DNA of 64,000 nt from Octopus sinensis (lineage: Eukaryota): NCBI RefSeq assembly GCF_006345805.1, contig NC_043015.1, forward strand, positions 31,310,001-31,374,000. Reading direction: 5' to 3'. Of this stretch, positions 38,011-51,286 are shown piece after piece. How positions within the stretch are numbered: the stretch's first letter is position 1; every line of letters begins with the position of its first letter. The position numbers and the translations under genes were made by a program. Under the pieces are notes generated by a model that worked only from the letters and a program-made list of their open reading frames with translations, did no database searches and was not told the DNA's origin.

Positions 38011-38881
38011 TTCTCTTCAAGAATTAAAACACCAGTATTAAGAATGGGGTTTAGGTGCAGGCATGCTTGTGTGGTCATGAAGTTTACTTCAGAACAATGG
38101 TTTAAGATTTGTTCCTGCTGTGAGCAGTCAGCTAATGTCTTCTGCTATAACCACGGTCAACAAGTGCCTTGGGAGTGAAGTTGGTAGAGGAGAAGATATA
38201 AGAAGCTTGTTGTGTTTGTCTCTTTCCTGTGCCTTGACAATCTTCCACAAAAACATGTCTGGCTATTGAGCATTTCATTGTTTGAAAGGCTAGCAGAAAT
38301 ATTACCTTGTTCAGAAACAGGTTGAGCAGAGGCATTCCAGCCAGAACCAACTTGCTTAGTATATTCTGTGTTAACCAAAGTATGTTTCTTTAATTATTTT
38401 TTTTTAGACAGTAAGCTGTAGCTTGAGAAAGTTTTGGCTACTATCTCTAGCAGGTCGTGTAAACACTTGGTGTCTTTGTAACTTATTCTGTTTATGGAAA
38501 CAAGCAGCAGCTTATTTAAATATATTCTAAATTAAAGACTTAATGTTGACCAAGTTTGTAGCATGCCAGACTGCTGGTTGAAGGAGCAATGGTTCAAATC
38601 CACTTATTGCACATATCTGGCAAAAAAATGTCCAGTTCAGCTTGGTGCAAACTAATAGTTGGAGAGTTTCCAATATAATATCATTATTTAGTTTCAGGTC
38701 ATCTCTGATCAAGCAGACTTCTGATTAAATGCTTTCTAGAGATAAGCATCCAGTTTTTCAGACATAATGTCACTGGTTTTGGTTTTTGTTTTTAAGAGAC
38801 TGTTGGATATGATTTGACAAGGAATTTGATATTATTTTTAGCAGTTTGAGTAGCTACCGATAGAGGTCTCTTGGGTTTTAA

Positions 38882-39749
38882 CCCTTTAGTGTTCACATTA
38901 TTCTGCCAAAATTAATGCTTCTTCATCCACATTGCCTTGAACTAATCAGGCATTATTTTGTAGTTATGAGATTTTGATGAGGTAGCTGTTGATTTTTAGA
39001 ACGATAGTGTAGGGTTGGTGTGAGAGACCAGATCTGGCCAGTTTGAACATAAAACAGGCAGAATACTTTTGGCCGGATACGGCTGGTTTAAATGCTAAAG
39101 GGTTAAAATCTTGCATTGTAAAGCTATGGATAATTGCTATTATATGAGCTGTCAGAAACTGGACAAGTTAACAGCAGAGTGCAACTTATTGCTTAACCCT
39201 TTAGCATTCAGATTTCTCTGTCAAATCTAATGCTTATTTATCCACATTGTTTTGAATTAATCAGGTATTATCTTATACTTTCAAGATTTCAGTGATATAA
39301 TTCTTTATTTTTAGAATGACATTGTAGGGTAGGTGTGAAAGGTTTACTCTGACTGGTTTAAACAAAACAGAAAATTTTGGCTGGATATGGCCAGTTTAAA
39401 TTTTGTTGTAGACCATCATCATCCTTTTTTGTCCTAAGTTAGTAGTTCTCGACTGGGGTTCACATACGATGAACCCTAATTCATATGCTAGAAAGATGGT
39501 AAATTATGGATCCACCGCAGTATTTTAACCCTTTAGTGTTCACATTATTCTGCCAAAATTAATGCTTCTTCATCTACGGTGTTTTGAATTAATCATGCAT
39601 TATCTTGTAGCTATGAGATTTTGATGAGGTAGCTGTTAATTTTTAAAACGATATTGTAGGGTTGGTGTGAAAGACTAGATCTGGCCAGTTTGAACATAAA
39701 ACAGGCAGAATACTTTTGGCCGGATATGGCCGGTTTAAATGCTAACGGG
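38882..39749. mobile_element. Cluster of three family A MITEs (38882-39102, 39197-about 39400, 39529-39749)
   Basis: TTAA|CCCTTTAG starts. The first and third copies are nearly identical over 221 bp. Confidence 0.8.
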
Positions 39750-41279
39750 TTTAGTGTGTCAGTCACAAGAAACGACTAGGTTTTGTTCTAATGTTTTACA
39801 TAGTTCAAACTACACGAGTTAATATGTGAATAATAAAATAGGAATTTTGAAAGTTTCTATAAAACCAGTTTTAAACATTGACTGGCTAAGGGGAGTTCAC
39901 CAAATAAAATAGTAATCAAAGCGGTCCGTGGTTAACTGCTCTTGTTCAAATAGAGTAACAGTTTGTTGGTTAAAGCAACTGTTCTCTGCCTGACGCTGCT
40001 CAAAAACTGACAACTATTACTAGTTGTTGTTGGGGAAGAGAGACTAAATTTACTATAGCAAGGCCTGAACTCATTGCTAGAAATAGCAACATTATTTCCC
40101 TCAAATCACACCTTAAGGTCTTATTAAATAATGTAGTCTTTGAGAGACTGGAAAATACAACTTGATATCTATAGTCTTAGAAAGATTATATTTGAGAATG
40201 AATATCAAATTATCAGTGTCCTGTTGTGTGTTATAAGGATAAATACAAAAATAGGATATAACAGTCCACTGCTGGACATACTTCCTTTCCTGTCTGAAGT
40301 TTTTTTTTGTTGTTGTTGTTGTTGTACCAATGACCTGTTAATTTGACACTGTCCAAGTACTGTCATCTGTCTTAACACTCATTTTTGCCAGCTAGGTGGA
40401 CTGTTACATTGTTTTACATAACTCCAGTCTATCCAGCTGTGTGTGCTGGTGCAGCCCTCTCTGCCTGGAGTTGTCACATGTTCTGCAAGATTATGAGTGG
40501 GAGGCCCAATAGGGGATGTCTGTTTACTCGTAGTAACATGGACACCCTGAAAATTGCAATGAATGAAAGTATGCTACCAAATCATATTTGATTGCAACAG
40601 CTGTGGTTACTTGCATATATGAAATTCAGACATTTAACATATTACACCAATTATTATTTTGTTGAAAATCACTGTAAAATACAATTATAGTTAGTGGTAC
40701 AGTTCAGTTTCTCTCTTGTGTTCCTTGCCACGTGAAAGAATGTACAAATACGGTGACAGAATGGATGCTCAGCTCCACCGCCTGTGATATTTCAATTGAT
40801 ATTTAAAATAGGAAATTTGGATGGATTTAATAATAAAGCTAACTTTCTCATTAAGAATCTGGTGTTTGGAACAACAAAATTGTATAAATATATGAAGGGG
40901 AGCTCCTATTGTAGAACCAAGGTTGGTATAAAAAAGGGATATCAGTTACAATACCCTTATGTGATCTTCAGGAAATTACAAGAGTATACTGCATTTTATC
41001 ATGGCACCAACACTAATGGGGTTGACTTGTAGCTCAGAAGATTAAAGAGTGAAAACGGCATTTTGTGTAATGCGAGTTAGTGTTCATATTATATATATAT
41101 ATATATCTGGGGGGTGACCTCCTTCAGTCATGAATGACCATGGGATTGCACCTAGAAAGTTACCCACCAAGGTACAAGTCTGGGCAAAGTTGTTTATGAA
41201 AGACCAGCAGTCACCCATGCATACCAGCCTCCCCTCTTCACGCCACCGATGTTATCCAGTTTATTAAAAGTAATGTTGG

Positions 41280-42150
41280 AAAATAAGATATTCTTTATGG
41301 AACCTGTTAGTTAAAGAACGGTCTACCTCGAGGGAGCATCTTGCTCTATCATTACTTTGCAACATTTACTACAATGTCCAACCAAAAGTGATGACATGAG
41401 CCAATTTATTTTTGCCGCTGGTCTGGATGCCACTGCACAAAATAAAATATTCTCAGTAGAGAAGAGTTGATTAATTTCCTTGATTCATTAAGACACAAGT
41501 GTGTACTTTTGATTTAAGAAAGAGCAAAACAAGTGCTACCTCCAGGGAACTTGAGCTCTTTGAATACCAATTGTACTTGATTTTCATCTTTGAATCCCAC
41601 ATCCAGAACACAAAGGACAAATGTGAGCGCTTGCAACATTATTAACAAGGTCACAAAATTAAGATGGCAGCACTCTTCAGGCTCTGTGTTTTAACTGCCC
41701 TGGCTCCCTGATTCTTCTTAAACTGGGTACACCGACCCTGTATGAGAATGATCTAGCCCTTTTTGTTGACTGAGAACATGCTCTTAAACCAATAAGCGCT
41801 GACATAATCTATATTTTGGCATGCTTAGCTCCACCAGCCATTTGGAGATTAGCAGTCAGTTTGAAGAACATCTGTGGCACCAAATAGATAAATAACTCCT
41901 CACACACTCCTCTCTGTCTTTAGGGCTAACACTACAACAAATGCCACAGGAATAACTCTGGAAAGAAAGAAACAGCAGTCTACTACACTTGGCAACAATG
42001 TAAGTGATGACAGCTGAATAACTGTCCACTTTAATGTAGGCGTAAAGTGAACAGGGAAAAAATTCTTTGAATTGAATTAGGGTTGGTGGAACACACACTC
42101 AAATAGTCACACAGTGTAATTAGAATACAGCTCCTAATTACACCATGTGT
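41280..42150 (-). mobile_element. Possible degenerate non-LTR (L1/Tx1-like) ORF2 C-terminal remnant
   Basis: Short minus-strand coding-like fragments (e.g. LDVGFKDENQVQLVFKELKFP) among many stops. Family assignment tentative. Confidence 0.25.
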
Positions 42151-42198
42151 GACTATAGCAGTCACAGACTATGGAACAACTGTTGAGGCGTTCTTTAA

Positions 42199-42416
42199 CC
42201 CTTTTGTTACTGTATTTAATTTGAGATGCTGTGTTTCTTTCAATTATTTTGAATATAACAAAGAATTTAGTAAAATAACTTAGTTATCATTCAGCTAGTG
42301 TTAGGAACGTAAATTGTGACTAAGGCTTGGTGGAATATTTTAATTCAAAACTTATGAAAACAAGACATTTTACCACAGAGCCAGAACCGGTTTTGGCCGG
42401 GTTAGTAACAAAAGGG
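42199..42416. mobile_element. piggyBac-type MITE, family B
   Basis: TTAA flanks, CCCTTT/AAAGGG termini, body shared with other family B copies. Confidence 0.85.
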
Positions 42417-43056
42417 TTAAGAATCATTAACCTCTGTTGATTTTGCCATGTACATTGAAAATGCTGAGAAATTTTGTTCAGTCAAAACTGAACCAAACCT
42501 CACTGAATATGAAGTGGACTTGAAGCTCCAAATGAAGGCATATTTATGTCAAGTGATTTTCCTCCCATTTTTGTACTCAATTGTCTACATTTGTGTGTGT
42601 TTTACAATCTCAGTATTGATTACACTTAGTGTATGTTACCTATATAGGTTATTGTGGTTGTAATAAAAGAAGTTCAGGTGCTCACAGTCATTGTGTTGGT
42701 CTCCACGAGTTAAGCATATGACCCTGCTTTTTCTAGTTAGCCAACTTGAACACAATAAATGAACAGCCACCACTACTACTATACACACACACACACGCAC
42801 ACCTTTTTTAAGAGTGAGCCAATAATTAAACATTTAATTAAATGCCTAATTTGAGGGACACCTGTGTACGCTTACCTTTTCTGAAACAAAAATATCTTAT
42901 TGAAATAATTTTAATTATTTTTAGGCAACATAAACTTAGCTTATCACAAAAGACTTTCGATGTGTATGTTGTAGCAGATTGTGAGAGACCGAAATAACTC
43001 TAATTGGAATGGTTTTCTTGTTGATTCCTTCAGCTTCTGTTTTTGTTTCTTTTCAG

Positions 43057-43114
43057 GTCTTCAGAATCATCGCAAAAGATTCCAACTCACGAAGATTGTA
43101 GCAGTGAGATTGAA
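43057..43114 (+). CDS. EIF4A: eIF4A exon 2 ((AT)G + SSESSQKIPTHEDCSSEIE)
   Basis: Pyrimidine tract then tttcag| acceptor, GAA|gtaagt donor. Ends in IE, which joins SN to give the conserved IESN. Confidence 0.85.
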
Positions 43115-43553
43115 GTAAGTTTTTATCACTTTTTATAATTTGTTTTATAGCTATATATTTATTTAAAACTTGGTGAATCATTCCAATACTATTAAAAGTT
43201 TTTTTTTTATGTGTTCGGGTGATTAAGAAAAGAGAAGCCGGACTTAATCATGAGCTTCAAACAAACAATCTATCATGTGTATCAAGTGCTTTCTTACTCA
43301 TATACCTACACACATGCTGGCATAGTAAAACAAGGCTTGTGGTTGAGAGGTTAATTTCACAACCACTTGGTTTCAGGTTCAACCCCATTGCATGGCAGCT
43401 TGGACAAATATTTTTTTGTAGTCATTGAGGGATTGGTAACGTCACTATGCAATGCTTGAACATCTTTCATAAAGTCCATTTTGTTGCAAGCATTTGAGCC
43501 AGGTCTTCTGATCTGAAGCTAAATTCATCTCACAAGCCTCAAAAGCTTTTTAA

Positions 43554-43773
43554 CCCTTTAGTGTTTAAACCGGCTGTATCCAGCCCAAATATTCTACACA
43601 TTTTATGCTCAAACTGGCCAGAACCAGCATCTCACACCTACCCTGCAATGTCATTCTAAAAATAAGCAATTACAGCTTTCCTATCTTGAAGCTGCAAAAT
43701 AATATCAGATAAATTTTTTTAAATGTGAATAAATAAGGATTGCTTTTGACAAATTAATATGAACGCTAAAGGG
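43554..43773. mobile_element. TTAA-flanked MITE, family A
   Basis: TTAA flanks, same body. Confidence 0.8.
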
Positions 43774-44359
43774 TTAAAGGCTCAAGTGGGTTTATATTTA
43801 AACCTTCAGCATTTGAAAACAGTTAAATAATATAGATATTATTAATATTGATTTTACTGGGATAGGGATCTACCTTTTTATTTAAATAAATTTTGAAGGT
43901 TTGGGTAACCCACATATGTAATAAGCCTCTCTAGGTTAGTTTTAACTGAGCTGACAATTAATCAAAGAGGTTTATATTTTTTATATTTTATTTATAACTA
44001 CACTGTTCAATATCTCCTTTTTTAAGAAGGTGATTTTAGTTTAGAGAGGGTTTTGGCTGACATATTTGTTGAGCGTCGCATGATTGAGAAGTATCCTTTG
44101 TGACCCCATTGCATTGCACAACTCCTTGGGGGAAGTGTCTTCTAACATAGCATCAGGTCAACCTAAACCTTGTGAATGAAAATGAGTTGATGGAGATTGT
44201 GAGGAAGCCCATCAAATGAACTAACTGAAAGAATTGTCATTGATATATATTATCACTGTGAGCTCTCTCAGAGTTACCTTAAAGCTGAGTGTAAAATATT
44301 CTGCCACTTCAGCTATGAAAAAATATTATTGGGATTACTAAATTCTGGAATGAACTTAA

Positions 44360-44582
44360 CCCTTTTGTTACCATATTTATTTAGAGATGCTCTGTGTTTC
44401 TTTCCATTAATTTTAAATATAACAAAGAATTTTGTAAAATAACTTAGTTATCATTAAGTTAGTGTTAGGAATACAAATTGTGACTAAGGTTTGTTGAAAG
44501 ATTTTAATTCAGAACTTTTAAAAAACAAGGCATTTGTAATACAGAGCCAAGGGCTGTTTCAGGCGGGTTGGTATCAAAAGGG
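44360..44582. mobile_element. piggyBac-type MITE, family B
   Basis: TTAA flanks. Ends 42 nt before the eIF4A exon 3 start. Confidence 0.85.
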
Positions 44583-44624
44583 TTAATAGCTCTCTGATAA
44601 TTAAATTTTGTTTAATATTTCTAG

Positions 44625-44757
44625 TCAAACTATGATGAAATTGTCTCTACATTTGATGAGATGAAACTGCGGAACTCACTGTTAAGAGGGATATATGCTT
44701 ATGGTTTTGAAAAGCCTTCTCTTATCCAGCAAAGAGCAATTGTACCTTGTATAAAAG
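44625..44757 (+). CDS. EIF4A: eIF4A exon 3 (SNYDEIV...[26 protein letters not shown]), Q motif
   Basis: ttctag| acceptor, G|gtaaat donor. eIF4A Q-motif region. Confidence 0.97.
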
Positions 44758-45102
44758 GTAAATATTAATTGGCTTTCTGGCAGTTACTTGTCAGTATCGT
44801 TGTTATCTTTTCTTTTCACAGTCTTCATACATCATTTATTATCTAAATGAATAATGTTTGCTTTATATATATATATATATATATATACATACATGATTTA
44901 CAAGATAAGGGCAAAAGAAAAATTCTAATGCCAAATATGCTGAAAAAAAGACAAATTTGTCTTTTTTTCAGCATATTTGACATTAGAATTTTTCTTTTGC
45001 CCTTATCTTGTAAATTATTTATAAATTTAACCTTTCAAGGTATTTTTTGATATGCTGGCCATTGATAAAAAAATTTTTTCCCGAAAAAAATTTTATCCTA
45101 CA

Positions 45103-45133
<31 letters not shown>

Positions 45134-45190
45134 CATGCACACACGTCTGTATCTTGCATTTTAACCCCAGAATACTTCCCAATTTTTTAG

Positions 45191-45330
45191 GTCATGATGT
45201 TATTGCCCAAGCTCAGTCGGGCACAGGAAAGACTGCCACCTTTTCTATTGCCATTTTGGAACAGTTGGATATGGATCTCCCTGAGTGTCAAGCTCTGGTC
45301 CTGGCTCCCACTAGGGAATTGGCCCAACAG
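45191..45330 (+). CDS. EIF4A: eIF4A exon 4 (AQSGTGKT motif I, PTRELA motif Ia)
   Basis: ttttag| acceptor, CAG|gtaact donor. Frame continuous. Confidence 0.98.
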
Positions 45331-45726
45331 GTAACTCATTTCTTCATTTTTAATTCTCAGCATTGTCCTACTAAAAGACATTCTACAATAGAAAGATACA
45401 AATGTTTGGGGTTTTTTTTATCACCATCAGTTAAATAAGTGAAATGAACAAAAGATAATTATACAAAAATATGAAATTTATGCTCTGTTGAACCAAAAAT
45501 TGTTATTTATAGAACTGGTGAATCTTGAAGCAAATAAAGCTATAAATAACAGTATGTAAATATTGGGTTAAAAACTGTTTGGACAGAAAAGGACTGAGCC
45601 CACCCCCATGGGGCTAAAGTAGACTGCCTATCATGTGGGTTCATGTCCTACAGGTAGCCTTCATCTTTTTCTATCCCAATGGGTTTTTTTGCCCAGACTC
45701 ATATCACTATGGAAATCTGATATTAA

Positions 45727-48587
45727 CCCTTTCGTTACTATATTTCTGACCAAAATACACCCTTCATGAGTTTCAATTAAATTCTAAAATATTCATGAAT
45801 TTAGACTAATTTCATTAAACAACTGTTAATTTTTTTTACATATCAGCATATTAATGTGATATTTGGAAGATTCTTTATCAATTCTGTTGCATAACTTTTG
45901 TCTCAAAGCAACTCTAATTACAGGTAAATACAGGTAAACTGAGCAAAATATAAAAATATAAAAATTTTATTTAACCCTTTTGTTACCATATTTCTGTTGA
46001 GATGCTCTGTGTTTCTTTCAATTTCTTTAAATATAACAAAGAATTTAGTAAAATAACTTAGTTATTATTCAGCTAGTGTTAGGAACATAAATTGTAACTA
46101 AAGTTTGGTGGAAGATTTTAATTCAAAACTTATGAAAACAAGACATTTGTACTCAAAACCAAGGCCGGTTTCAGCCGGGTTGGTAACGAAAGGGTTAAAC
46201 ATCACCATAGAAAATGAGTTATCAGCTAATATTCATTTGCGTATGCAACAAAATTTTAGTATAGAAGAATTGTGCACATCACTAGATCATCAGTTGAATT
46301 TAATGCACATAAGAACAACAGGTAATGGTAAAAAAAAAATGAAATACTGGAATTTGTTTTTGAAGAAAACTAGAAAATTAAATACATCAACTAAATGAAA
46401 TATACTCACACACATACATAAATACACAAGAACTTATATAATGAAGATTTACAGTGGAAATTAAATCAAAACTTGTCACTCACCTTACAGGTAAATTAAA
46501 ATTACAAGTAGATAAAAAGTAAATATGAAAAATATTTATACAATCTAATCTACATATATACAATATTCACACTATGAAGACCTGTTGAGGCAAGTGAAAA
46601 TCAAAATCAAAATCGATCAACATCAATGGAAATTGTAGCTGTGATACCAGTGCCGGTGGCACGTAAGAGAACCATCTGAACGTGGCATGTAAAAAGCACC
46701 ATCTGATTGTGGCCGTTGCCAGCCTCCCCTGGCACCTGTGCAGGTGGCATGTAAAAAGCACCCACTACACTCATGGAGTGGTTGGCATTAGGAAGCGCAT
46801 CCAGCTGTAGAAACACTGCCAGATCAGACTGGAGCCTGGTGCAGCCTTCTGGCTTCCCAGACCCCAGTTGAACCGTCCAACCCATGCTAGCATGGAAAGC
46901 AGACGTTAAACGATGATGATGATGGAAACTTGTAAAACATCCCACTCTACATACTGCAACTTTGCAGAACTCACATTGGAAAGAAGTTTCAACTGGCCAC
47001 TCACTGGGAGTTTTTCTTTGATGTAGACATTCACAGCACTGATTTTTTTCTAATTTATGGAGATCGGCTGAACTCAGGGGGATGTCTCTCTGGCAGATTT
47101 TGCTTTTCCTTCCTGCAGTTATTTTTTCTTTTTTCTTTTTTTTTTTTTTGGAGGAATAACCTGCCCTTAACTATGTTGCTACATCTGCTCAGAATTGCAG
47201 ATGGTCGCACTGCTTGCGAGCCCCTCCTGATTTGGTAAATAATATAAATGCATTTACAATGCTATTGTTTACTATGTACCAAACCAGGTATCACTACCAT
47301 TTATTACCCTGCCTACCAACTACCCTAACTCATCATTTGGTTCAGCCAATCCTCACCATCCATGTACCTGTTACAAACGGGGTGCCATTTTCATCTACAC
47401 ATGGTTGTGCACTGGTAGATAGAAAATTTATCTGCGTCTTATCTCTGTATGCGGTCACTAGCAGATTTCCTTTCTGCTGTTGGATTAATTCATCACTTTT
47501 TTCTTTGATTTTGCTTTTTTTATATCCAGCAGCAGCCCCTTTCTAAACTTTGATCCCCCACTTCGTGGGCTTTCCAGGCATATACTGTCGGAAGTGTGCC
47601 CTTCCTTTATACCCCACCATGCCCTCATCGACAGATAAGTATCTGTCAGAGTTACAAAGTGTTTTATATGCATTTTGAATGCTGTTGATGAGGGATTTTA
47701 TTTTAAATAAGGGATCAAAGTTTGGTATTCCACGTACTGGAGTACTGCTAGTGTCTCTCACATGTAAATACTGGTTCAATTTCATGAATCATTCATGACA
47801 TTATACTGGAAATGTACTTATCTCCAAAAGGTTCCTGATTGCTCCAGTAATTTGTAATCCTGGGTAACTCTCTTATACCCATAATAATATTTATGGCAAA
47901 AAATGCCCATATTTCATCTACGGTTGTGAGAAACCACGAACTATCTTTTTCTCAAGTTCGTTTATATTCTGCGTAACAGTTTGTTTCCGCAGTGATGACT
48001 TCAAACAAGCTTACTGGAAAAAAATAAGAAAAAAAAGTCTAACGGTTTCGCTTCCTGAGAAAGACTATGAGTAGACCCTGTCTCAGAAAAATTGCTAATA
48101 AAAATGTTTTTTAACTTTTTACTCCATTCCGGTGTAAAATCATCCTCGCTTTCGCTATCGGCACTTTCAGTTTCAGGATTGCTGCTTTCTGTTTTGGATA
48201 CAGAAATATCCGCTTCAGTCTCAAACACCACGTGCTTTTGTACTTCCTTCATTCTTTTTCTTGATATCTTCCTTTAAAAAAAAACCCTCAAATTCGGAAT
48301 CATTGCTTCATAGCATGAAACTCCTGTCCATTTTCAAAGTTGAAAAAAATTGTGGAAAAAAAATCTCCCAAAATTCACTAAGTTCAGATATCATTTCAAA
48401 CAATGTCAGATACTATAACTCAACTATTTACAAAGTGAAATCACATGTTTTCACGAATGTACTAACAGGATTTGTGTTAAAATTCACATTTAAATAATAA
48501 TGTGTACGCTTGGCTAGCCATGGCTGGGTTGGTCATTTGAACCCAAAACTTTTTCGGCCAGTTACAGCTGAGTTGGTACCAAAAGGG
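45727..48587 (-). mobile_element. piggyBac transposon remnant with nested insertions
   Basis: TTAA|CCCTTT...AAAGGG|TTAA ends. Transposase fragments DPLFKIKSLI...LSVDEGMVGYKGRAHFRQYMPGKPTKWGIKV (47543-47785), an acidic N-terminus (48001-48252) and YLVWYIVNNSIVNAF (about 47230-47290). Assigning the left end to this element is inferred. Confidence 0.8.
45975..46194. mobile_element. piggyBac-type MITE, family B (inside the piggyBac remnant)
   Basis: TTAA flanks, shared body. Confidence 0.85.
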
Positions 48588-49059
48588 TTAAAGGATGACG
48601 ATGATTTACATGCTATTATTTATAGCCTTATTTGGTTTGAGATTCATAATTTCTAAATTCTTGTGATGTCAACAACTCTCATTTATGTCTATATACTCTT
48701 CTAAATCTCTAAATATTGAATCATCCAATCAATATTAACCAAACAAGCAGAAATACCAGTTCAACATTGGGGGTCAATGTAATTGACTTATCTCTTCCCT
48801 CGATATTCCTGGCCTTGCAGCAAAATTTGAAATCAATATTAACCAAACAAGTAGTTTGTAAGGCCATAGAATGCGGCTTGAAGCATTGTACATTCTATAG
48901 ACTTCTGTGTTAATTAAGACATGTTGGTGTGATGTACAGATATGTAAGCCTACGGTTGAACGTGCTGATGTCCGAATTAGGAGAACATGTGAAATAAACA
49001 GAATAAATAAAGAATCAATGAGAATATCCCTTTGTAGTTTTTAAAGAATTTTTTGTCTT

Positions 49060-49708
49060 TTATTTGTTCCAGTCATTAGACTGTGGCCTTTTCTGGGGCA
49101 CTGCCTTGAAGAATTTTTAGGTTGAATAAATCAACCCCCCAGTACAGGGTTGTTGTTGTTGATTTTTTTTTTGTGTTTCTTTTATTGAGCTGCAAACTTA
49201 CAGGAACGTAAAGACACCAGTTGTCAAGCAGTGGTGGATGACAAACACACACACAAGATACGTACATTTGTGCACACACACACACACACACATACAAATA
49301 TATACAACAGTTTTCTTTCGGTCTCTGACTACCGAAGCTACTCCCAAGGCTTTGGTCAGCCTGAGGCTATATAAGAGGACATTTGTCCAAGGTACTACAC
49401 AGTGGGACTGAACCTAAAACCGTGTGGTTGGAAAGCAAACTTCGTATTTCTTTATTGCCCACAAGGGGCTAAACATAGAGGGGACAAACAAGGACAGACA
49501 AATGGATTAAGTCGATTATATCGACCCCAGTGCCTAACTGGTACTTAATTTATCGACCCCGAAAGGATGAAAGGCAAAGTCGACCTCGACGGAATTTGAA
49601 CTCAGAACGTAGCAGACGAAATACCGCTAAGCATTTCGCCCGGCGTGCTAACAATTCTGCCGACTCACCGCCTTAAAAAACTTCTTACCACACAGCCATG
49701 CCTGTGCT
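49060..49708 (-). mobile_element. S1 SINE interrupted by an S2 SINE (49444-49677)
   Basis: The insert is bounded by a 7-bp TSD AAACTTC. Confidence 0.8.
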
Positions 49709-50655
49709 GTCCCTTGACTTTCTGAAAATAGTAGCCAGACCCTTTAAATACATTATTGTGTTGGATAATGTAGACGATGTATCCTTAAAAATATGGAACA
49801 TTCACATTTGTAATCAATATTTCTTTCTGCTCCATTAAGAATGACTTAGAAGAAACCTATAACAGGGCAAAGTTTCGTCTTATTAAAATCAATGGAAACT
49901 GCATTTGTGATCCCTGAGCCGGTGGCACATAAACAGCACCATCTGAAGGTGGCCGATGCCAGCGCTGCCTAGACTGGCTTCCGTGTCGGTGGCACGTAAA
50001 AAGCGCTATCCGAATTGTAGCCGATGCCAGTGTCGCCTCGACTGGCTTCTGTGCCAGTGGCACGTAAAATGCACCAATCCGATCGTGGCCGTTGCCAGCC
50101 TCCCCTGGCACATAAAAAGCACCCACTACACTCACGGAGTGGTTAGTGTTAGGAAGGGCATCCAGCTTTGGAAACACTGCCAGATTAGACTGGATCCTGG
50201 TGCAGCCTTCTGGCTTCCCAGATCCCCGGTCGAACTGTCCAACCCATGCTAGCATGGAGAACAGACGTTAAATGATGATGATGATGATTAAGGCAGCGAG
50301 CTGGTTGAATTGTTAGTGCACCAGGCAAAATGCTTACATTTTCATGTTCTGAGTTCAAATTCCACCAAGGTTGACTTTGCATTTCATCCTTTTGGGTTCG
50401 ATAAAATAAGTACCAATTGAACACTGGGGTCGATGTAATTGACTTGGCCCATCCCTCAAACCTGCTAGCCTTGTGCCAAAATTTGAAACCAGGAAGAGCA
50501 TCCAGCTGTAAAAATCATGCCAAAACAGTCACAGAATTCTGGTGCAGGTTTCTGCTTGGCTGGCTCTTGTGAGACCATTCCAACCATGCTAGCATGGATG
50601 GCAGACATGAAACAACAACAATAATGATGATGATGATGATTAAGCCAAATATATT

Positions 50656-51040
50656 ACTCTTTACTCTTACTTTTTTACTTGTTTCAGTCATTTGACTGCA
50701 GCCATGCTGGAGCACTGCCTTTAATCGAGCAACTCGACCCTGGGACTTATTCTTTTGTAAGCCCAGTACTTATTCTATCGGTCTCTTTTGCCGAATCGCT
50801 AGGTAACGGGGACATAAACACACCAGCATCGGTTGTCATGCAATGCTAGGGGGACAAACACACACACGCATATATATACGACGGGCTTCTTTCAGTTTCC
50901 GTCTACCAAATCCACTCACAAGGCTTTGGTCGGCCCGAGGCTATAGAAGAAGACACTTGCCCAAGGTGCCACGCAGTGGGACTGAACCCGGGACCATGTG
51001 GTTGGTAAACAAGCTAATTACCACACAGCCACTCCTGCAC
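50656..51040 (-). mobile_element. SINE family S1
   Basis: Full copy just upstream of eIF4A exon 5. Confidence 0.85.
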
Positions 51041-51120
51041 CTTCATTTCTTCAAAAATGTATCTTTCTTTAGTTTTCTTGATCGTAACTAATCTAACAAT
51101 TTTATTCTCAAACTCCGCAG

Positions 51121-51286
51121 ATTCAGAAAGTCGTTGTGGCTCTTGGAGATTACATGGACGCAAGATGCCATGCGTGTATTGGCGGAACAAATGTTCATGA
51201 TGATAGGTTACAATTGAGTGAAGGTGTTCACACGGTTGTTGGAACTCCTGGACGTGTCAGTGATATAATCCAACGAAAATGGCTTG
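51121..51286 (+). CDS. EIF4A: eIF4A exon 5 ([12 protein letters not shown]...GG...TPGRVSDII...)
   Basis: ccgcag| acceptor, G|gtaagt donor, 166 nt. GG doublet and motif Ib. Confidence 0.97.

Noticed and set aside
40380-40600. Very degenerate Tc1/mariner C-terminal fragment
   Set aside because: Only a faint resemblance (DY.W...SNMDTLKIA), not enough to call.
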